14,235 bases of DNA from assembly GCA_031372065.1 (NCBI GenBank), contig JANMKN010000392.1, positions 1 through 14,235 of the forward strand. Reading direction: 5' to 3'. Source of the DNA: Abditibacteriaceae bacterium (lineage in GTDB: Bacteria > Armatimonadota > Abditibacteriia > Abditibacteriales > Abditibacteriaceae). Below the pieces are notes generated by a model. That model did no database searches and was not told the origin of the DNA. It saw only the letters and a list, made by a program, of their open reading frames with translations. Both the position numbers and the translations under genes were made by a program. Of this stretch, positions 1-8,208 are shown piece by piece; positions within the stretch are counted from its first letter, which is position 1, and every line of letters begins with the position of its first letter.

Positions 1-491
1 GACAAGAGCAAGCACAACTCCGCTTCGGCGACCATCGCTGTGAGCGCGGCTAAAGTGTCATTGTCGCCAAAGCGAATTTCTTCAACTGCGACGGTATCGT
101 TTTCGTTGACAATGGGCACAACGCCCCACTCAAAAAGCTGCGTCATAGTGTGGCGCGCATTCAAAAAGCGCCGCCGGTCTGCGATGTCGCTGCGTGTTAA
201 TAAAAGCTGCGCGACGTGCAAATTTTCCTGATTAAAAGCACGGCGATAAGCGCGCATCAGCAAACTTTGCCCGACAGCGGCGGCGGCCTGTTTTTCCGGC
301 AAGCGCACGGCGCGCTCGCGCTTCATGGTGTCGAGGCCAATGCGCACCGCGCCAGAAGTCACAATCACCACGCGCGTGCCATTTTCGTGCAACTGCGCCA
401 CTTGTCGCGCTAAATTCGCGATGTAATTTTCATCAACCGCACCCTCCCGAATCAACGTGCTGGTGCCGATTTTAACGACGATAGTTTTCAT
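1..491 (-). CDS. proB: glutamate 5-kinase (5' part; runs off window start)
   Basis: Not in the ORF track. Manual translation from ATG at 491: MKTIVVKIGTSTL...VVIVTSGAVRIG...EKQAAAAVGQSLLM...AQLLLTRSDIADRRRFLNARHTM...VPIVNENDTVAVEEIRFGDNDTLAA. These are canonical ProB motifs, and obg-proB is a common gene order. Confidence 0.97.
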   Translation of the reverse strand, partial: MKTIVVKIGTSTLIREGAVDENYIANLARQVAQLHENGTRVVIVTSGAVRIGLDTMKRERAVRLPEKQAAAAVGQSLLMRAYRRAFNQENLHVAQLLLTRSDIADRRRFLNARHTMTQLFEWGVVPIVNENDTVAVEEIRFGDNDTLAALTAMVAEAELCLLL

Positions 492-498
492 GTGTTAA

Positions 499-612
499 GC
501 ACAAAGACACAAAGGAAGCACTCAGAAGATTAAAGAATCACAAACGCGCTCATTTCAAGCCGCTTTTTGTCTTCTTTTATTTCCTTTGTGTCTTTGTGCC
601 TTTGTGTTTAAT
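499..612. repeat. intergenic inverted 8-mer short-repeat element
   Basis: Perfect 19-bp inverted repeat GCACAAAGACACAAAGGAA (499-517) / TTCCTTTGTGTCTTTGTGC (581-599). CTTTGTGY occurs x3 at 584-607. Confidence 0.85.
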
Positions 613-619
613 CTTGAAT

Positions 620-1933
620 TTACTCCTCAAATTCAAACGACATCGTGCCGACGTGAATGGTATCGCCGGGGTTGACGCCGGCTGCTTTGAGTTGCTCGAT
701 AACGCCGTGGCGTTCCAGCAAGCGATGAACGTGCAAAACCGCCTCGTGATTTTCCAAATCAAAGCGCGTCAAAAGCCGTTCGAGCATTCCACCTTCGGCT
801 TCCCATTCGCTCAAGCCGTCGGCAAAACGGGCGCTTTCTTTGATGGAAAATGGTTTGTCCACTTGCACACGCGTGACTTGCACCGGCGGCAGTTGATCCA
901 TCTCTTCGCGTTCGGCGCGGGCCGTTTCGACTAATTGCCAGACGCGTTCTAAAAGCGGAGAAACGCCCTCGCCTGTCGCGGCGGAAATTTCAAAAATTTC
1001 GCAGCCGCGCGCCAATAATTTTTCGATGACTTTATCGGTTGCGCGCTCGGCGTCCTCGTTGCCGGGCAGCGTGTCCATTTTGGTGAGCGCCACCAATTGC
1101 GGACGCTCTGCGAGTTCTTCGTTCCACAACTTGAGTTCGCGGTTGATGCTCGCATAATGGCGCCACAGCGATTGGCTGCCTTCGAGATATTGCCCAGCGT
1201 CCAACAAATGAATGAAAACCGGCGCGCGTTCGATATGCTTCAAAAACTGATGCCCCAAACCCGCGCCTGCACTGGCGCCACGAATTAATCCGGGAATGTC
1301 GGCGACAATAAACTGGCGGCTTTCATCCAAACTCACTACGCCAAGATTGGGAATCAAAGTCGTAAACGGGTAATCGGCGATTTTCGGTTTGGCCGCCGAA
1401 ATAGCAGAAATCAGCGTGCTTTTTCCCGCGTTGGGCAGGCCGATTAAAGCGACATCGGCCAGCAGTTTCAGCGACAATTTCAAACGATGTTCTTCGCCCG
1501 GAATGCCTTTTTCGGCAAAGCGCGGCGCATGGCGCACGCTGGACGAAAAATGCACATTGCCGCGTCCGCCGCCCCCGCCGTGCGCGCCGATGTAGGTTTG
1601 CCCCGGTTGCAACAAATCGGCGAGCAACTGCCCGGTTTCATCGTCGAAAATCTGCGTGCCGAGTGGCAACGGAATCACAACATCGGCGCCGTCGGCGCCT
1701 TTGCAGCGCGAGCCTTGACCATGCAAGCCGCGCCCGCCCTTGTGGTGGCGGTGGCGCGAAAGTTCGAGCAACGTTTTGCGATGGGGGTCAGCCTGCAAAA
1801 TTACATTGCCGCCGTTGCCTCCATCGCCGCCCGATGGCCCGCCTTGCGGCACATATTTCTCACGGCGAAACGCGACAATACCATCGCCGCCCCCGCCGCC
1901 TTTCACTTCAATTACTGCTTCATCAATAAACAT
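620..1933 (-). CDS. obg: GTPase Obg/CgtA with C-terminal OCT (DUF1967) domain
   Basis: MFIDEAVIEVKGGGGGDGIVAFRREKYVPQGGPSGGDGG; G1 GLPNAGKS, G2 YPFTT, G3 DIPG, G4 TKMD; C-terminal L..AGV.PGDTIHVG..FEF. Start reassigned to ATG at 1933. Confidence 0.98.
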   Translation of the reverse strand: MFIDEAVIEVKGGGGGDGIVAFRREKYVPQGGPSGGDGGNGGNVILQADPHRKTLLELSRHRHHKGGRGLHGQGSRCKGADGADVVIPLPLGTQIFDDETGQLLADLLQPGQTYIGAHGGGGGRGNVHFSSSVRHAPRFAEKGIPGEEHRLKLSLKLLADVALIGLPNAGKSTLISAISAAKPKIADYPFTTLIPNLGVVSLDESRQFIVADIPGLIRGASAGAGLGHQFLKHIERAPVFIHLLDAGQYLEGSQSLWRHYASINRELKLWNEELAERPQLVALTKMDTLPGNEDAERATDKVIEKLLARGCEIFEISAATGEGVSPLLERVWQLVETARAEREEMDQLPPVQVTRVQVDKPFSIKESARFADGLSEWEAEGGMLERLLTRFDLENHEAVLHVHRLLERHGVIEQLKAAGVNPGDTIHVGTMSFEFEE

Positions 1934-1939
1934 AAGCGC

Positions 1940-1945
1940 ACTGTA
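1940..1945 (-). promoter_or_regulatory. candidate -10 element (TACAGT) for a leaderless obg transcript
   Basis: TAnnnT hexamer 6 nt upstream of the obg ATG; no Shine-Dalgarno sequence there. Confidence 0.35.
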
Positions 1946-2029
1946 ACTTAGCCCGAACCGCAGATTGCCGCAAATCACACGAGCAAAAAGGAAGGATGAA
2001 TTCACCCTTCCTTTTCAAAATTCTCGGCT

Positions 2030-2563
2030 TTAGCGCAAAATCGAGGCGCCAAAAACGAATTGTTCGACGAGAGAACTAAATTCAGCGGCGGCGGCGCTGA
2101 TGAACGAAGAAATAATATCGTTCAATTCATCTTCGTTCAAACCTGCGAGTGGACGCTGATGGCGCAGGAAAACGCCATCGTTGCTAACCGCGAATGCAGC
2201 ATTGACCACGCGCATATTGGATTCGAGCAACGCACGATAAAAAGCCAGCAAGTTTTGCGCGGGCAACGGGCCAAGGCGCATCACGGCTTCAATGTAATCT
2301 ATTTCGTCATCTTCCTCTTCGGCGCGTTTAAGGCGCAAGACAACGGATGCCGGTTGCGCTGGCACAATCCACAATCCAGAATCGGATTTGTAGGCCTGCA
2401 CTACATCCAAACCGCGCGCGCGTAGCACGTCGGTTATCACATCGTGGTAAATTTCGAGCGCATCTGGTGGCAGTTCTGTCTCGGTGGCGCGTGAATCAGG
2501 CATAAAGAAGTGGGCGGCGCTCTTTTTATCGTCTTTTAAATCATCTTTTTTGACCATTATCAT
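2030..2563 (-). CDS. YbjN/CesT (T3SS-chaperone-like fold) protein
   Basis: Acidic 177-aa protein with ...LGPLPAQNLLAFYRALLESN...AAFAVSNDGVFLRHQRPLAGLNEDEL, typical of YbjN-like domains. ATG 2563 overlaps the upstream TGA (ATGA), with a GAGGTG RBS. Confidence 0.75.
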   Translation of the reverse strand: MIMVKKDDLKDDKKSAAHFFMPDSRATETELPPDALEIYHDVITDVLRARGLDVVQAYKSDSGLWIVPAQPASVVLRLKRAEEEDDEIDYIEAVMRLGPLPAQNLLAFYRALLESNMRVVNAAFAVSNDGVFLRHQRPLAGLNEDELNDIISSFISAAAAEFSSLVEQFVFGASILR

Positions 2564-3735
2564 GCAAGCACCTCGTTTTTGGACTGTTCGGCTTGAACAC
2601 GATCTGCCTGAAGTTCTTCGCTTTGTGACAGCGCGCATTTACTGTTGGATTGCAAGGTGTTGGCTTTTAAATTACCCAAAACCGTGCCACAATGACCGCA
2701 GCACAACCAGCTTGAACAAAGCAACCAACTTTCCGACCCGTTTAAAAAGCCGCAGTCAGCGCAATAAAGGCGTGCTTCTAAGTCGTCAAGTTGTGGCTGC
2801 AAAACTTGCAACGCTTCCAAAATATAATGCATCGGCAACGCGAAACGAATGCCTTCTTCGGGACGGCCCCACAAATTGACGCCGATGACATCGCCATCTT
2901 TGGTGAGCAACGGCCCGCCGGAGTGTCCGGCATGAATGGTGGTGTCGGTTTGGATGTAATGCACGCCGCCAATAATACGATCCAGACTGCTGACAATACC
3001 GCGTGAAACGCTACCCACGAGATCGGTTTGCATGGGCGTGCCAATGGCGTAAACCGGCTGTCCGATGGACAAAGGCACATGGTTGTGCAACGTAAAAAAA
3101 TCATCGCGTGGCGGGCCTTGCACAAAAGCATAATCCAAAGCCGTATCGGAAAACAAAATGCGTCCTTCGTTTTCTGTGCCATCTTCGAAACGCATACAAA
3201 CTGTTTCACTGTCTTCAACCACATGGCGCGCCGTTAGCACCAAACCAGAAGGATCAATAACGAGGCCACTGCCATGCCCATCGGCCAGTTTGACCAGCAC
3301 TGTGGCGCGACAAGCGTGCAAAAGCATATCTTCGAGTGAGGCAAAGACTGGCGTTTTTGTTTTCGGCGTAGCATTTGGAGAAGTAAGGCGTTTCATTACG
3401 GTTTTTGCGAGAGGAGCAGTGGCTTTTTCGGCAGCAGGAGCGCCGTTTTTGCGCGATGTCACGCTGCGTAGTTGGATGGCATCGTCCAAATTTTGAACTC
3501 CGGTAGGTGGAGGCAAACATTGCACGCCTACGGCATCTAAGGCCGCTGCTACACGCCGCACAGTTTGGGCGCTGTGTTTTTGATACCCACAGCGTTTCAA
3601 CAAGCCCCGTAAGGTGGTTTGCTGACCAGTTTTGTGGCTGCTTGTTACTTCGTGTGCAATGTGTTGAGCAACTTCGCTCAAGTCGTTATGGGCCAGTTTA
3701 CTGGGAGGTTTGGTCTTTTGTTTGGGCGCAGCCAT
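2560..3735 (-). CDS. cytoplasmic trypsin-like (S1C/Trypsin_2) serine protease with an N-terminal extra domain and a C-terminal Cys-rich zinc ribbon; no PDZ domain
   Basis: GHGSGLVI, VLTARHVV (His), LDYAFV (Asp), IQTDTTIHAGHSGGPL (Ser); YCADCG...CCGHCG. AGGAG RBS before ATG 3735; no signal peptide. Confidence 0.9.
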   Translation of the reverse strand: MAAPKQKTKPPSKLAHNDLSEVAQHIAHEVTSSHKTGQQTTLRGLLKRCGYQKHSAQTVRRVAAALDAVGVQCLPPPTGVQNLDDAIQLRSVTSRKNGAPAAEKATAPLAKTVMKRLTSPNATPKTKTPVFASLEDMLLHACRATVLVKLADGHGSGLVIDPSGLVLTARHVVEDSETVCMRFEDGTENEGRILFSDTALDYAFVQGPPRDDFFTLHNHVPLSIGQPVYAIGTPMQTDLVGSVSRGIVSSLDRIIGGVHYIQTDTTIHAGHSGGPLLTKDGDVIGVNLWGRPEEGIRFALPMHYILEALQVLQPQLDDLEARLYCADCGFLNGSESWLLCSSWLCCGHCGTVLGNLKANTLQSNSKCALSQSEELQADRVQAEQSKNEVLA

Positions 3736-3783
3736 GAGAAATATGCTCCTGTCGAAGAACACTCAGCAAAAGCCGCGCCGAAA

Positions 3784-3850
3784 GGCAGTGGGCAGTGGGC
3801 AGCGGTCGGTGGGCAGTGGGCAGAAAGAGAGAATGCTTTCTGTCCATTGT
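3784..3850. repeat. 7-mer tandem repeat (GGCAGTG x5-6) with short inverted arm
   Basis: ggcagtg ggcagtg ggcagcg gtcggtg ggcagtg ggcag at 3784-3823; GGGCAGAAAG pairs with CTTTCTGTCC (3836-3845). Confidence 0.85.
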
Positions 3851-3852
3851 CA

Positions 3853-5265
3853 TCAGCCGCGCCCATAAACGTCTTCGACGCGCACGATATCGTCTTCATC
3901 CAAATACGAGCCGGACTGCACTTCGATAAGATGCAAAGGAATGCGTCCGGGGTTGTGCAAGCGGTGCATGGCTCCAAGCGGAATGTAGATAGATTCGTTT
4001 TCGGTAACTAAACGCACATCCGCATTGACCGTCACTTCGGCAGTGCCACTGACGACAATCCAATGCTCGGCGCGGTGATGGTGCATTTGCAGCGACAGTT
4101 TCTCGCCGGGATTAACCGTAATGCGCTTAACCTGAAAACGTTCACCGCGTTCAACGCCTTCGTAGCTGCCCCACGGGCGATAAACGTGGCGATGCGTTTG
4201 ATGCTCGAAGCGCTTTTCTTTGGCAAGCCATTCGACGACTTTTTTCACATCCTGCGCGTGGTCTTTGTGCGCGACGAGAACCGCATCGGTGGTTTCGGCG
4301 ATGATTAAATCTTCAACGCCGACAGTCGCAACAAAACGCCGGTCGGCGTTGATATAGCAATTGCGCGTTTGATAAGTGAAGGTTTCGCCACGCGTGACAT
4401 TGCCGTTTTCGTCTTTGGCTTGCTGCTCCCACAGTGCGCTCCACGAACCGACATCGCTCCAGCCAATATCCGAGGGCACCACCGCAGCGTGCGCGGTTTT
4501 TTCCATCACGGCGTAGTCAATGGAAAGCGAGGGACACGCCGCAAAACTTTCTTCGTGCAAGCGATAAAAATCGAGATCGCTATAAGCCTTGGTCAACGCT
4601 TCGCGGCAGGCCGACAGAATTTCGGGATGGAACGTTTCGATTTCTTGCAGCAGTTGTTGCACAGGAAAGACAAACATTCCACTGTTCCAAAAATAGTCGC
4701 CCGATGCCAAATAGCCCTGCGCCGTGTCGCTGTCGGGTTTTTCGACGAAGCGCGCCACTTGATACGCGCCATTTTTATTTAAGGCGGCGCCGCGCTGAAT
4801 GTAGCCGTAGCCGGTTTCGGGAGCGGCGGGCACGATACCAAATGTGGCAAGATGGCCGTTTTGTGCCACTTCAACGGCTTGTTGCACGCATTCGTGAAAC
4901 GCGGGCACGTTGGCGATAACATGATCGGAAGCCAACACCAAAAGCAGCGCTTCGGGGTCGCGTTCCGCCAAATACAACGCGGCGACGACAATCGCGGGCG
5001 CGGTGTTGCGGCCTATCGGTTCGAGCATTAAAACCTGCGGCGTTACATCAATTTCGCGCATTTGCTCGGCCACCAAAAAACGATGTTCGTGGTTGCAAAC
5101 CATAAGCGGCGCGGCCAAATTGGGCAAACCTTCCAAACGCAGCAAGGTTTCTTGCAACAAACTGCGCTCGGACGTGAGAGCAAGCAATTGTTTGGGATAC
5201 GCCGTGCGCGAAAGCGGCCACAGACGCGAACCGCTGCCGCCGCTAAGAATAACCGGATGAATCAT
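3853..5265 (-). CDS. manC: mannose-1-phosphate guanylyltransferase / mannose-6-phosphate isomerase
   Basis: PVILSGGSGSRLWPLSR, YPKQ, EPIGRNTAPA, WNSGMF, SIDYAVME, GWSDVGSW; C-terminal cupin RPWG...LSLQMHHHRAEHW...EVQSGSYL.EDDIVR. GGAGG RBS. Confidence 0.97.
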   Translation of the reverse strand: MIHPVILSGGSGSRLWPLSRTAYPKQLLALTSERSLLQETLLRLEGLPNLAAPLMVCNHEHRFLVAEQMREIDVTPQVLMLEPIGRNTAPAIVVAALYLAERDPEALLLVLASDHVIANVPAFHECVQQAVEVAQNGHLATFGIVPAAPETGYGYIQRGAALNKNGAYQVARFVEKPDSDTAQGYLASGDYFWNSGMFVFPVQQLLQEIETFHPEILSACREALTKAYSDLDFYRLHEESFAACPSLSIDYAVMEKTAHAAVVPSDIGWSDVGSWSALWEQQAKDENGNVTRGETFTYQTRNCYINADRRFVATVGVEDLIIAETTDAVLVAHKDHAQDVKKVVEWLAKEKRFEHQTHRHVYRPWGSYEGVERGERFQVKRITVNPGEKLSLQMHHHRAEHWIVVSGTAEVTVNADVRLVTENESIYIPLGAMHRLHNPGRIPLHLIEVQSGSYLDEDDIVRVEDVYGRG

Positions 5266-5390
5266 GAAGCCTCCACAGGCAAATTTAAATTATGGATTTT
5301 GAACAAAACACGCCCTTTTGAGACGCTTTAGATGATAACTGATTGCCCTTCGCACGGGCTAAGCGCCGATAAAACGGATTATGCCATTTT

Positions 5391-6275
5391 TCAAAGCGCT
5401 TCGATTTTCCCACTTTGCGCCGCGCGCTCGGTGGCATTCAACAGCGCCATGATTTCCAGCGTGTCTTCGATAGAAACTGGCGTTTCGCCGGTGCGGAAAA
5501 ATCGTTCGATTACAATCAGAAAATCGCTGTAAGCGCGCGTCATATCGGCGACAAAGGGCACCACACGTTTGGCGTCTCGCAGCGAGCCGCCATAAACATA
5601 GGTGCCGTGATTGAGTTCAACGAGACCACACCTTTTATCAGCATAAGAAACAGTCGCCATGAGGCCCATTTCGTCTTGTATGACCCGCACCATCTGTGCG
5701 CCGTTGCCAAGCGAACGTTGCAACATTTCAAAAGTGTGAACGCCATACCAAACAATTGAACTGCCAGACGGCGCCTCGCCGAGCGGCCCGAAGGCATGAA
5801 CAAATTGCGGCGCGGGCATTTCTTGGCACGCGGCGCCCAATTGTGGCACGAAACGCAGCGAGGAAGCTGAGAAAAATCGCGTATTTTTCGCCTGCGCCAA
5901 TCCGATAATCGCATGACCGTTTTTGATATTATCGGCCAATGGTTTATCGAGGAAAATTGGTTTGCCTAAACCGGCGCAACACGAAAAATAATCCAAGTGA
6001 TAAGCCGGATCGTTGATTTCCAGCATCAGCGCATCGCAATTTTGAACGGCTTCGTCGAAATCCGTCGTTACTTTGATGCCCCAATTTTCCAGCGTTGCTT
6101 GCCGTTGGTTCAGGCCTTCTTCGTCTTGAAACGGCGTTTCAAAGCGCAAGCACGAAACGGCGCGCAAACCTCCGACTTTTTGATCGGGCGCGCAGTCGGG
6201 CGCCTGCATTCGCCGCGCGAATTCAATTGTGTGACTCGTATCAAGGCCAATGATTCCAACGCGAATAGGTTGCAT
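5391..6275 (-). CDS. Gfo/Idh/MocA family NAD(P)-dependent oxidoreductase
   Basis: IRVGIIGLDTSH, GKPIFLDKPLA, FSASSLRF, WYGVHTFE motifs; AAGGA RBS. Confidence 0.9.
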   Translation of the reverse strand: MQPIRVGIIGLDTSHTIEFARRMQAPDCAPDQKVGGLRAVSCLRFETPFQDEEGLNQRQATLENWGIKVTTDFDEAVQNCDALMLEINDPAYHLDYFSCCAGLGKPIFLDKPLADNIKNGHAIIGLAQAKNTRFFSASSLRFVPQLGAACQEMPAPQFVHAFGPLGEAPSGSSIVWYGVHTFEMLQRSLGNGAQMVRVIQDEMGLMATVSYADKRCGLVELNHGTYVYGGSLRDAKRVVPFVADMTRAYSDFLIVIERFFRTGETPVSIEDTLEIMALLNATERAAQSGKIEAL

Positions 6276-6370
6276 CTCTTCCTTTGTTTTGAAGGCCGCT
6301 CAATTACCTTAAAGAATGCCAAAATTTATTCTAAAGCGCCATTTCGTTTTATGCGTTGTCCAAAATTTCT

Positions 6371-7720
6371 ATGAAAAATTGGATTTCTTTTTTCGCTTCT
6401 ATGACACTGTTTTTCACTTCGCCCGCTGTTTTCGCCGCTGACAAAATCGAACGCGCCGTGATGGCGGATTCGCTGGATATTGCGCCGGTTTGGGCCGCAC
6501 ATCCGGTGGGTTTTTCTCTGCTGACTCGCGCGCCATTTCAATTCGTGGCGTTTTACGATGACAAGCGCCAACTAACGGTTGCACAGCGCAAATTGGACGA
6601 GCGAAAATGGATGTTCACCAAGCTGCCCGTTGTCACCGGCTGGGACAGCCACAACTACATCGCAATGGCGCTGGACGACGATGGTTTTTTGCATCTGAGC
6701 GGTGATATGCACGCTGTGCCACTGAAGTATTTTCGCACCGCCAAACCGTTGGATGCTTCGACTTTTGAACGCCTCGATAAAATGGTCGGCACCGAAGAAA
6801 ACCGTGTCACTTATCCCATTTTTTTGCGGGGCGCACAAAACGAACTCTTGTTCATGTATCGCGATGGCAGCAGCGGCAATGGCAATCAGATTTTCAATGT
6901 TTGCGATGTGAAAACCAAAAGTTGGAAGCGCCTTTTAGACAAGCCATTGACCGATGGACAAGGCGAGCGCAACGCCTATTTTGAAGGCCCGAAAAAAGGC
7001 CCGGATGGTTATTTTCATCTGGCGTGGGTGTGGCGCGAAACGCCGGATGCTTCGACCAATCACGACCTCAGTTATGCGCGCAGCAAAGATTTAATTCACT
7101 GGAAAAACGGCACCGGAAAGTCGCTGCCTTTGCCGATTAAATTGGACGATGGCGCGACAGTTGACCCCGTGCCGCAAAAAGGCGGCATCATCAATGGCAA
7201 CACCAAAATTGGCTTCGACGACAAAGGCCGCGTGACGATTAGCTATCACAAAAACGACGCGGCGGGCCACACGCAGCCGTGGACAGCGCGCCTCGAAAAC
7301 GGTGCGTGGAAACTTTATCAAATCACCGATTGGCCCTATCATTGGGATTTTGCTGGCGGTGGTTCGCTGAGTTTCGGCATCAGCCTTGGTCCTGTCACCA
7401 AAGAAGCCGATGGCAGCCTCACGCAAAGCTATCGGCACATCGAATTTGGCAGCGGAACATGGCTGCTCGACGCCAATACTTTGCGCGCCGTTGGCAAAGT
7501 GCAAAAGCAAAACACGCCGCCGGAACTCGGCAAAATCGAAGGCAAATTTGAAGGCTTAAAAGTAAAAACAGCGGGCGATTCCGGCACGAGCGACAAACCC
7601 AACCAGCGTTACATTTTGCGCTGGGAAACTCTCGACGCCAATCGCGACCAACCGCGTGAAGGTGCTTTGCCAGAACCTTCGATGCTGCGTTTATACGCGG
7701 TCAAAACCGAAACGGAGTAG
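6371..7720 (+). CDS. secreted BNR-4 repeat beta-propeller protein, PL25 (ulvan lyase)-like polysaccharide lyase
   Basis: Sec signal MKNWISFFASMTLFFTSPAVFA-A; WDSHN...LHLSGDMH, VTYP...YRDG, Asp-box YARSKDLIHW. Confidence 0.8.
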   Translation: MKNWISFFASMTLFFTSPAVFAADKIERAVMADSLDIAPVWAAHPVGFSLLTRAPFQFVAFYDDKRQLTVAQRKLDERKWMFTKLPVVTGWDSHNYIAMALDDDGFLHLSGDMHAVPLKYFRTAKPLDASTFERLDKMVGTEENRVTYPIFLRGAQNELLFMYRDGSSGNGNQIFNVCDVKTKSWKRLLDKPLTDGQGERNAYFEGPKKGPDGYFHLAWVWRETPDASTNHDLSYARSKDLIHWKNGTGKSLPLPIKLDDGATVDPVPQKGGIINGNTKIGFDDKGRVTISYHKNDAAGHTQPWTARLENGAWKLYQITDWPYHWDFAGGGSLSFGISLGPVTKEADGSLTQSYRHIEFGSGTWLLDANTLRAVGKVQKQNTPPELGKIEGKFEGLKVKTAGDSGTSDKPNQRYILRWETLDANRDQPREGALPEPSMLRLYAVKTETE

Positions 7721-7721
7721 G

Positions 7722-7895
7722 CAGGGCAATCGCATGAAAATTTTTCGCGTGTGAGTGACCCAAACAGGAAAGAAGTCAACCACACAACCTGTCTGGACTT
7801 GATGGACTTGCTTGAAAGCACTCTGATGAATCTCTCAATTTTATGCTTCCAGCACCAACATCCAGACTTTTATAATTTCTCATGCGATTGCCGTG
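7722..7895. mobile_element. 174-bp MITE-like element with ISAs1-type terminal inverted repeats
   Basis: CAGGGCAATCGCATGA (7722-7737) and TCATGCGATTGCCGTG (7880-7895): 16-bp inverted repeat with one mismatch. No credible ORF inside and no target-site duplication visible. Confidence 0.65.
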
Positions 7896-7922
7896 GCTTG
7901 AACACTGGAAAAGAGTCACACA

Positions 7923-8147
7923 TTAGGTAACTATAATATCTGGGCCACTTTCCAAAATTTCCGTCGCATGATTGGCATCTTCGGCGCTCACTTTAACCTC
8001 GACGTTGTAAAGCATATTCGCCCACGGAATCGCGACATATTCGTTGGCAATTAGGCATGGAATGCCCTCTGATTCCAATAGCGTTTTGGTTAAATGCGCT
8101 TCGATTGCGGTGGCGTAAGAAGCGACGACGACTAAATCGGCCATCAT
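7923..8147 (-). CDS. DUF2007 family small protein (putative signal-transducing, PII-like fold)
   Basis: MMADLVVVASYATAIEAHLTKTLLESEGIPCLIANE...VEVKVSAEDANHATEIL matches the DUF2007 pattern. Start is 8147 or 8144. Confidence 0.85.
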   Translation of the reverse strand: MMADLVVVASYATAIEAHLTKTLLESEGIPCLIANEYVAIPWANMLYNVEVKVSAEDANHATEILESGPDIIVT

Positions 8148-8208
8148 TAAAATTCGGGATAACCCGGCCCACCTGGGAATTTTTCGGGCTGTCCGGGGGC
8201 GAAATCTA

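Noticed and set aside
40..413. Short plus-strand ORFs 40-231 and 216-413
   Set aside because: Antisense to proB.
1934..2005. 24-aa N-terminal extension of Obg
   Set aside because: Obg proteins begin MF.D; the extension runs through intergenic repeat-like sequence.
2560..3735. HtrA/DegP call for the protease
   Set aside because: No signal peptide, transmembrane segment or PDZ domain; a zinc ribbon is present instead.
7609..7821. 70-aa minus-strand ORF across the MITE and lyase end
   Set aside because: Overlaps the lyase antisense, has no RBS and no recognisable motif.
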